A stretch of DNA of 64,000 nt. It comes from Catajapyx aquilonaris. Lineage: Eukaryota. The position numbers were made by a program, and so were the translations under genes. Under the pieces are notes generated by a model, which saw only the letters and a program-made list of their open reading frames with translations, was not told the DNA's origin and did not search any database. Below are positions 24,401 to 33,907 of this stretch, piece by piece (the first letter of the stretch is position 1; every line of letters starts with the position of its first letter). The DNA lies in NCBI GenBank assembly GCA_000934665.2, contig KZ538938.1, positions 1 to 64,000 on the forward strand, written 5' to 3'.

Positions 24401-27400
24401 AGCGGGCGTTACGTAACGGGGGGGAGGGGGAGGGGGTAAAAAATGGCCAAAAATACCGTTACGTAATATGTGGACACCCCCTTACTGTGCATACATATGC
24501 ATTATGGTGGAATTATTCCATTCCACCCTGTGGTAAGATAAGAACCAAACCTATCTGTGGACAAAGTCGTACAAGCAAGGGTACAAGTTTCCTGTATATC
24601 ACTGTTTAGTGTTATCGTACCGTACATATGTGTTACCATATTAAAATTCCAACCCTCATATTTCTGTGGTATTGTAGAAAAGTTGTTTAGTATTGTTATT
24701 ATGGGGCTTCAGGCATAACAAGACTTTTTTCATGACAATAATATTTTTCATGCACCAACATTTGTTGTTGAGAAAGTACACTACAGTACAGTTGAGTAAC
24801 ATGCACCTTATTCATTGTACATTTGAATGCAGTGTTGTTCACTATTTCATTGAGGACCATATCTCAGTGGGAGCCCCTTGGTCATTGGAACTATCCTTAG
24901 TTTGGACTTACTTATGTCAAAAACCTTAAGTTGTTTTAGGTTACAGCATTAAATTTCTTCCTTTCTTGATTGCATCATATTGTTTATTTCTAGTCCAAGT
25001 TAATCTACAAGGACAATGACAAGGGTATAATGACACCACCAGTGCTAGTAGACTTAAATGGTGATGGAACTGATGATATAGTCATGTCCATGTTCAACTC
25101 AACAGTTGTTGCAATAGATGGATACACCTTCCAGCAGATGTGGAATTACAGCATTCCAGGATCAGAGACATACAGGTAATTTTGTGCTGCTATGAGAATA
25201 TTTGACCAGTTGGTAATCATGTAATTTGCAGCACACCAACTGCAGGATTTTTTAACCGGGATTTGACACCAGACTTCATGATTAAGTATCAAGTTGGGCC
25301 TGGATTTCCTCTCTATTACTACTCATTGGTATGTCTGATTTTGACTCCAACTTTAAGATGACATGATTAGTGAATTTTTTCAGGGTAACATTTTGGATGG
25401 AACTAATGGTAAGCCATTGCTGGCAAAACCTTTACGAGATACCATTGGATCTCAGGCATCCGGACTTAGTGTGAGCATGGATGGTGATGGAAATGACATT
25501 TTTATATACTGGATGGTTGACTGCAAGGGATTTGAAGGACAGACACAAGAATTCTCCTTCATCAAAGGTATGCTGAGGTGGTATGGTATGTCATGACGTA
25601 ATTGTAGTTTCATTTTCATTGTCTTCGAGACCAGCCTGTTTAATTTTGCAGTATTAACATTAGTGCTGAAGCACATTTGCCAGAAGATATAAACTGCAAA
25701 TGGCAATCAATGATCAGAACGTATTTCAGACAAGGGGATCAATCCCAAGTAGCAACTCTAGGAAATGCAAGGGTACTGTAGTTGGTGATGTCAGAATAGA
25801 ATGTTCTTCAATCTCAGCCAAGCTCATGGGGTAGCACTGTCCCACTGACTCGACTTCTTGCCTCATCCCAAATGCAATACTTACGGCAATAAGGCCTCAC
25901 AAAGATGAAAAGTTTTATGTCATGCATTTGATCCAAGGTACCCTACCATGGAAATACAGGGTGGGGCAAAAGTCATGGGCTGGTTTAAACGACGCAGCAT
26001 GGTGTAAGTAACGAACGATTATATTTTTTTAAAATTGCACTACACAGAGAAAGATATGCCATTTATGGATCCATTAAGGTCCAAAAAAGTCACTTCTTGA
26101 AAACAACACCAGATCGATGTCCACCTTTGCGAGCAACACATTATTCCTCCAAGCGCCGGACAAAACCCTTTACTAACGCGCTCCAGCATGTCCAGGGAAA
26201 TGTTTCTCACGGCGTGTCTTATCTGATCCTTAAGATCAGCCAATGACTGAGGACGTGTGGCGAACACCAAACTCTTCAGGTACCCCCACAAGAAGAAGTC
26301 GGGGGTGGACAAATCCGGCCATCGCGGCGGCCATGGAATGTCCCCAAATCTCGAAATGACCTGCACAGGAAACACTTGACTTTTAATATGTTTGGTGTTC
26401 ACCACACGTCCTCAGTCATTGGCTGATGTTAAGGATCAGATAAGACACGCCGTGAAAAACATTTCCCTGGACATGCTGGAGCTCGTTTTGAAGGGTTTCA
26501 TCCGGCGTTTGGAGGAATATGTGTTGCCCACAAAGGTGGACATCTATCCGGTGTTGTTTTCAAGAGGTGACTTTTTTGGACCTCGATCCATAAATGGCAT
26601 ATCTTTCTCTGTGTAGTGCAATTTAAAAAAATTATAATCGTTCGTTACTTACGCCATGCTGCGTCATTTAAACCAACCCATGACTTTTGCCCCACCCTGT
26701 ATATGCATGCCAAGAGAACCCTGTGCATTTGCAAGAGCCTTGTCACCCTCCTGACTCACGTTATCACATCTCACTCCGATCTCAGTTGGATTAGGGGATG
26801 GCATTAAGATAAAGTGGTGAGCCAGCAATGCATTATGAGCTTAGTTTAGGTATATCAGTAATGCGGCATAATGTACGAGGCAGAATGATTCTTCCATGCA
26901 CCTCTTTATATCTGTATGTAACTGCTAACAGATGCAGTGTAACTTCTGTAACTTGACTTTCCAATGAAAGAACAAAAAAACTTTTAATTGTGGAAAACCA
27001 TGGTTAGAGAAGCTTGAAAAATTATTGCCTGCAATATGCCACATACCTTTATTTTCGCTGTTTAATGTTACAGAAAGAAAAATGTGGCCTAGCTGCAAAG
27101 TTGCATCACTTCATTTTTAGAAAAAGTACCGTATATACCTAGTATGAGTGACCTCTTGCATATGACCTTTGCAATACAATATTTCATCCTGAATACATGA
27201 ATTTATAGTCATTAGCAATGCATGCATCTCTGTGGAATACTAACATGGAAAGGTCACACATTGTACATGGAGTTGCTGAATGAAACTTGTCACAATAATA
27301 GAGGCAGTGAAGTTATTAACCAAAATGCAAACCGTTTCGGCAGAGCGCTACAAGGTCACAAGTTATGACCTGTCGACGTCAGCCCGGACAGCTTTCCTAA

Positions 27401-30400
27401 GGAGCGAAGTTTCAAATATCGCTACTCAAAAAAGCAGACATTTTATTACATCATTGGAAAGGGATTATTACATTGATTACAACGAGCTATACAAGAACTG
27501 CTACATCGCAGCTATTTTTGAGAAAATCGCTTCTGAAGTTTTTCGGAATAAATGATAACAAAATTATTTTCTCTCAAATGTGCTCATTGTACAAATGTGT
27601 TTTGTTTTGAACAAATAATTAAAAGCATGCATAAGTGCTAATTTGCTATACTTCTTTTCATCTGCCAGTGCTTTACCTTTCGAGAGGGCATAACTTTTGA
27701 CCTTGTAGCGCTTGGCCGAAACAAATTGCATTTTGGTTAATAACTTGAAGGGCTCGGGAGTAAACAATGGTAAGGGACATGTAGCACAGTGAGAAGGGAA
27801 GAGAAGAAGTTTCCAGAAGCTTCTTCTCTTCTTTTCTCAAAGTGTGTTACATATCCCTTACCATTGTTTACTCCCGAGCCCATCACTTACCTGCCTCTGT
27901 TATTGTGCCAAGTTTCATTCAGCAACTCCATGTACAATGTGTGTGACCTTCCCTTGTAAGACTATGCAATATTCAAATTAATATTTGATCTACTAATAAT
28001 ATTTAATATACAACTTGTGTTGACATTTTATGTATGAAATCTGGTCATTATGGGACACAAAAGTAGCCAGTACTATTTCTCTGCTGTAATGGATTGTTAC
28101 CAATGAGCATAAAACCTGGGTATAATTCTCATTGCCTAAAATATTACACAATAATTAGGTTGTTATTTCTACCTTCTATAAAGCTACCTTTGCATACAGG
28201 TGACCAATGACAAGCACTGTGCACATTGTTGGTAATAATGTTCAAATTACGGAGCATTGCTAATGATATGCAATGTTCCACAGATTTGTGGAGGGTGTTT
28301 GTGGGGTGGGAAAGGTCCCATAGTTTTTTCTTTGTACTAATGCCTTTAAGGAGAAATAGGGTACAATTAACCCTTGAAGGGCAAGGCAGAGAGGCAAGGC
28401 TTCATAGAATGTGGACATAAACATGTGCTTTTAAGTTGTGTGGTGTAATTTCTCTGTGACTTTCTCACAAGGAGCATAACAAAGATGACTTTTGTGCCAA
28501 GTTTTGATTGGCTTCCAATCGCTTCCTCTTGTGTTGCAATGAGCAGAATCACGGGAAAATTAAAGCATTAATTTGTAAAAATATATATGCTTTCCTACAT
28601 TCATGACATCAATATTTCTTGCCAGGATCGAACATCCATGAACAGAGTCGCTCTGACCTATGCAAGCAGCGCTTTCAATCTTCCTTGGTGTCCCGAATGT
28701 ATGCAATGAGCAGCTCCTTAGAACCACCTGGTGCTGTGGTGTATGACTCAGAGGCCCGTCGCTCTGTGGAGTACAATGGCAGTGTTAACACTTCTGCAGA
28801 AGCTCGAGAGTACCTTCGCACTCACCCAGAATTGTGGGATGTATTCAAGCAGTATACTGGAAAAGTACCATTTGCAGAAGTAGCGGGAGGGGAAGGTGGT
28901 GGTGTAGAGATAGGAGGAATAGTGGAGGATCCACTTCCGATGTCTCCAGACCAGTTCCAGGATGATGGGATGGAGGCCAGGGTCCCCTGGCTCTTTGATC
29001 CACCTCCACAGATGGAAAGAGAGTTCCCTCAAGATACAAGGTAAGAGAATCCAGTCATTTCTATTCTTACGTACATGTTTCCTTTCATGGCACTGAGTAT
29101 TATGCAGTACATTTTAATTATTTACCGTACTTGAAAGTTACACTCTACTGTACAGGGTGAGTCAGAATTCCTGGTCGTCCATCGACCAGTGTCTATATTG
29201 GTCCAATGCAAGTCTAAGATGGAGGGGTGAGAAATGATGAGGCATCAACCAGTGCTAGAAAATCATAAACAAGATAATGTGCCACATTATGAATAATTTA
29301 TAAGACAGTGCTACGCTGTTATTAACCCCTTTGCTACCAGATAGGCCCGAACCACGTAGATTTCGGCTTATGCCTACCCCGAAGATACGAACAAGATATT
29401 TTACCAATGACATACTTACCAGATCTGGGAAAACACTATGAATGTGTCTGGAATAATTTTACTTGTCTAGAAGTCCCTAAATTAATTTCCAAAAAAGTGC
29501 TATAAAAACTCTAAATTCGAGTACTGCCGAACAACTGTTAGGCTGATTTAATTATTAAATGCGTGAAAATATGCAGAATAACAACCTTGAGAACCATGGC
29601 AGATGAATTTGCTGAAATCGTCGTACTTTGCGAGAAATAAATTAATACTTATTTGCGGCTTTTGGGCACGTAGGAAAACTCCCAAATTTATTTGCTTCTC
29701 GTGAAGTACGACGATTTCAGCAAATTCTTCTCAACTAATTTGGGAGTTTTCCTAAGTGCCAGAAAGCTGCAAATAAGTATTAACTTATTTTTCTCAAAGT
29801 ACGACGATTTACGCAAATTCGTCTGCCATGGTTCTCAAGGTTGTTATTCAGCATATTTTTCATGCATTTCATAATTAAATCAGCTGAACAGTTGGTCGGC
29901 AGTACTCTAATTTAGAGTTTTTATAGCCCTTTTTTGGAAATTAATTTAGGAACTTCTAGACAAGTAAAATTGTTCCAGACACATTCATAGTGTTTTCCCA
30001 GATCTGGTAAGTATAGCTGTTGTCAGTGGTAAAATATGTTGTCCGTATCTTCGGGGTAGACGTAAGCCGAAATCTACATGGTTCGGGCCTATCTGGTAGA
30101 GAAGGGGTTAAGGAAGTGAGTGATCGGCACGTTATGGAAAAAAAATTCACATTGGACACACTTTCTACGGGAATAATTTAAGAAATATTCGATGTAAAAA
30201 TAATGTTTGAATCGTTGAAACTCTTTCAGCCAGTGCATATTCGTTCCACATCAGAGAGGAAAATCTAGCATTATAAGTTGTATACTGATACACCTTGTCA
30301 CAATGCACCACGAAAAACCAAAGAAGAGCCTCGAGGGTCGTGTGTTTGGATTCAGAAGAGTTGCAGTTGATGTGTTTATGTTTAGATTGAGTTGTTAGCT

Positions 30401-31641
30401 TCAAATTTTTCTCAATTTTTCGATAAATTTCTTTTTTCAAATATAATTTTAAAGCAGTCGTTAATGTGAAGCGGCGTAAAATGAAGCAATGTAGAACGGG
30501 TACTTACTGTATTCCAAACACCTTGTATTTAAATATGCATATTTAAATACAGGGTGTTTGGAATACAGTAAGTAGTGACTTAAGGAGTGCAATATCCCCA
30601 CATTACTGGTGGATGGTTAAGCATTCAGTACTTCACAAGTAACATTTCAAGTTTTGCCCACAGGTATCCAGCATTTCACAATGTACGGAAACACGGAAGG
30701 ATACCGATTCAGACACAGTGGAACTTTCCAGAAGATTCACAGGACAGCATAGGGGATGGGGGGATAGGGGAAATGGGTGAAGGAGGATGGTACAGGCAGA
30801 AACGGCATGTGGGACCTCATGACCAAGGAGGCATACAAAGGATCATTTCAACTGGTGAGTTGTCAGTGTGTTGATAAGTTTTCAATTCAGCAACATAAAA
30901 GAAGCAAGACTCAGTTATTCATTTGTATGAATTTCTGCCATTGTCACAGTAGCATCTGAGAGGAATGATATAGTATGGGGAAAATATCAGGAAAAATCCT
31001 ATCTCATGCCTTAATGTGACTGTACATAATATTGGTACCAATATTATTGCAGTCACTTTCACTTACATTTATTATGAGCTAGTGCCTGCTATAATATTCC
31101 CTTCAGTTTGATAAGTTTCTCATTTTATTTTTAGGTACACTGGCCCCATCTTTGACAGACAAGAATGGCAGTTCTGTTGACCTGATCTTTGCTACGTATT
31201 GGTTTTATCCTTCAAAAACTCAAGCTATATTGCCCAAGGACCGAGACTGCATCCAGAAGATGATGGAGTCAGAATCAGAACGATTTCAGAAAGAAAGTAG
31301 GTAACTCTTTACATACATTGGAATAAATTACATATGATTTTGCCCAATTATCAGGCAAATTTTATGGAATGGATCATGATGCCTATGAAGAAACTATAAC
31401 AAAGGAGTGTCTGGGAAGTTCAGGAGGAGATGGGATCTATGAGTCACAAAATGAATATGACCCGTTTGATATCCACATGGGGCAGATGACAGTCTTCAGG
31501 CTCAGGCTCAAGTGCACTTGTGGTGGGATTGGTCCCACCTCTCCCAATGGGCCAGCAGAATGTGCAAAAGTCCTGCCATGGGAACAACAGCATTGGTCTG
31601 CTTACATGGGACGCAAAGCAGACTCATATTTCCAACACTAA
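15487..31641 (+). CDS. FAM234: FAM234-like type II membrane protein with FG-GAP/beta-propeller ectodomain, 13 coding exons
   Basis: Exons 15487-15699, 15811-15916, 19623-19847, 20046-20254, 21361-21532, 21588-21814, 24994-25175, 25232-25328, 25384-25567, 28626-29040, 30664-30854, 31135-31296, 31355-31641; GT-AG and phase-consistent. Acidic cytosolic N-terminus, one TM helix (YGLIALGALLGFIILVVFLV), repeated Ca-loop motifs DTNQDGVLD, DFNGDKVND, DMDDDGILD, DLNGDGTDD. Confidence 0.8.
16147..16430 (+). mobile_element. tRNA-derived SINE (family B)
   Basis: A box tggcatagtgg, B box ggttcgaatcc, (ATT)n tail, 15-bp TSD tattaatgaataata (16132-16146, 16431-16445); second copy at 59072-59354. Confidence 0.9.
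17040..17433. mobile_element. Tc1/mariner-type foldback MITE
   Basis: TA|cagggtgaaccaacttcaagtgt ... acacttgaagttggttcaccctg|TA; arms about 115 bp. Confidence 0.9.
18458..18706. mobile_element. piggyBac-like MITE at the centre of a perfect 57-bp flanking inverted repeat (18397-18767)
   Basis: TTAA|cccttaactacttaggtggagcctgagtggct ... agccactcaggctccacctaagttgttaaggg|TTAA. Confidence 0.8.
20311..20872 (-). mobile_element. Deleted mariner element
   Basis: TA|cgagggttggattttaaatag ... ctatttaaaatccaaccctca|TA; remnant HDNA codons (catgacaatgcc) on minus strand near 20622-20633. Confidence 0.8.
22515..22893. mobile_element. Nested TIR element, superfamily unassigned
   Basis: ctatcgtttatccgcacct ... 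aggtgcggataaacaatag, with imperfect extension. Confidence 0.7.
23468..24481. mobile_element. PIF/Harbinger-type MITE
   Basis: TTA|cggggcttccacatattacgtaac ... gttacgtaatatgtggacaccccc|TTA; 3-bp TSD. Confidence 0.8.
23944..24226 (+). mobile_element. tRNA-derived SINE (family C)
   Basis: A-box-like gtgccgtagtgg, B box ggttcgatccc; 13-bp TSD tcttctgaaatac (23931-23943, 24227-24239). Confidence 0.85.
25957..26699. mobile_element. Tc1/mariner foldback made of two inverted transposon 3' ends
   Basis: TA|cagggtggggcaaaagtcatggg ... cccatgacttttgccccaccctg|TA. Minus arm encodes ISRFGDIPWPPRWPDLSTPDFFLWGYLKSLVF...; plus arm repeats VFTTRPQSLADVKDQIRHAV. Confidence 0.9.
27250..27950. repeat. Compound inverted repeat: outer arms enclose two separate hairpins (27310-27746 and 27750-27881)
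   Basis: aaggtcacacattgtacatggagttgctgaatgaaactt and its inverse; aagttattaaccaaaatgcaa and its inverse; gggctcgggagtaaacaatggtaaggga and its inverse. Confidence 0.9.
29326..30107. mobile_element. piggyBac-like foldback element, arms about 360 bp
   Basis: TTAA|cccctt..ctaccagataggcccgaacca ... tggttcgggcctatctggtag..aagggg|TTAA; arm similarity runs almost to the centre. Confidence 0.85.
30501..30574. repeat. 74-bp spacer-less palindrome (1 mismatch)
   Basis: tacttactgtattccaaacaccttgtatttaaatatg|catatttaaatacagggtgtttggaatacagtaagta. Confidence 0.95.
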
Positions 31642-33907
31642 ACATATCACTGTAAAACGCCATTGGCTACAAGTAGAATTTACCCAAATGTACAAGGCTG
31701 CACTGGGATTACAATTCACTTGCCCTCTATGTCTTGTCTCCATAAGAATAGGTTTATGTCACATTATTACACAGACCCACGAGAAAAAGTCAGTGTGGAA
31801 AGGTGGAGTTGAGACCCAAATACACAACGTTGGTCGATCAAGTGAAAATGAGAGAAGCGAAATAGTTTTAATTTTTCCCAGCCATTTGGGATGTGGTTTT
31901 AAAGGGATAGTTGTGTGTTCATAAGACACAAATACATTCAAGCAGTTATCCGATATGTGGAATGTAAGTCTGACAGTAGCTTTGCAAAGATGGCAGCAAC
32001 CCCTCCGGCATGCACCAAGGAGGAGAATATAGCTGTTGTTCAGTTTTGAGCATAGAAAGAACTGAACTCATTAAAATATATTGCTGATTTCAGGCACTAT
32101 ATGGATCTGAAATGTATCTTGCAGTCGCTTGTCTATGAGTTGTGTAAAATACCAGTACTCAGAAAGATGAAAGTAACCTGACCAATGCAGTGGTATCAAG
32201 CTGTGACCCTTGGAATTTTTTACACCACTTACAGATATGTGATTGAGATATTCATGGCAGATCCATATTCTTGTTGCAGTCTCCACTACCCTTTGCTTCT
32301 GCTATGCACAAACCCAAATAACACCATTCTCCTTCTTGGTGAATGTTTCAAGGGGCACAGCCATTTTTAAACAGGTGATGCTGTGTGACTCAGACTCCCT
32401 AGTGACAAACTCTCTGAAGTTATGAGTACCACATGAAGCTGTGACATTTCTTCTCAAACACAATCCCACAGCCAAGGAGTGTTGTTGTATATATATACAG
32501 GTCGGGCAACTAGCCCCCTTTTCGCGTAGATCTCCAGAGTCCACCCAGCAGCTTCTGTGCCACAGTGCATGGGGCAACACCCCTCACTGCGATGAAAATG
32601 ATTACTATTAAGTGAGAACGGATCATGAGAACCCACGGCCCCCATCTCCTCCACTAGCTTACAAGATGGAGTGCTGTGGGGTAGACGGTAGAGCACTAAA
32701 AAAACAGGACGAAAGCGCCACAAACTCCAGGGATGTGGCACCCTATGTAACTACTGATAAGCCTCTCCTTGCCTCTTGAAAGTCACAGGGGTTGGAGGGG
32801 GAAACCTATGTGAAAAAAACGAAGTTGAACTGGGGTGCACCATCCCAAGTGGCAAAATTTAAATCCATTTTATTGCACTTTTCTTTTGCTCAGAAGAGCC
32901 CTCTCTCTGCCCCTCCTTGGTGAATGTCTGAAGGCCATCTTTACACAGCTACTGTCTGACTCCCCTCCACCTGCCTATATTTGTGAGCAGTGTGAGTCTG
33001 CAACTGTCCCTGTCCAGAGGCATTGCCATATAAATTTTTTTGACACACTTATGGCAAAAATTTCATTTTCATTTGATCAAGCCATGTATATGACTTACAC
33101 TGCCTGCCACTATCTGTTTCGTGTAGCCAAACTGTTTGATGTTAATAAGAATATTTTTTGACTACAATGCAAGAGGGCTGCATTTGAGGTAAGACATATG
33201 AAGCTCGTGTTCAACAATCCAGTGGTGGTGATCTTTGCAGCCATGCCTCCTTGCCTCGCATAAATTATACATCTTCATCTAAGTTGACAGTTACATTGGA
33301 AATAACATATCTGCAAGTTATTCTAGTGAAGTATGCACTGAGCAACATTTATGGCAAGGGGTTAATACCTATTTTCCTGGTTCACTTGTGAGAGATTTTT
33401 TTTTTTCCTCTGCGGAGACAAGGCACTAGTGTCCAATGGAATGTCAGGAATGAGTGGCTGCCTCATTTGTAAAATGAGAGTAGTTGGTAAAAACATTACA
33501 TTTGAAGACATACTGTATTGTAACTCAGTTGAGTTGCGACAATCAAATGCATCCGATGCAGTTTGCATGTCCTGCAAAAGGATTCAAGCATAAATAAAGA
33601 TCACTGTGTTCTGAGTAATGTAGGGATTGGATTGTATTATGTTGCTTCTGATTGCATTGTTTCTGCATAATTGGTCCATTGCTAGTGTTTAAGTGTCGAT
33701 ATCGGTTGCAGTTGAAAAAAAAAATTAATTGTTCCTACTGCAGGGGTCAACTGTTAGGTGATAAATATTGCTTGAGAGGGGATGAGAAATTATGCATACT
33801 TCTACATCTAATAAATGCAATTTTTTGTGAAAAATATTTATTTCCCATAACAATGATATAAAATCACTAACCTTTTCCAAACAGTTTAAAAGTTTAATGA
33901 CATTCAA

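Larger units (their letters stand above)
22471..24658. mobile_element. Mariner-type MITE (TIR related to the 20311 element) carrying nested insertions
   Basis: TA|tgagggttgga ... tccaaccctca|TA; internal inverted arms near 22913-22980 and 24525-24606. Confidence 0.7.
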
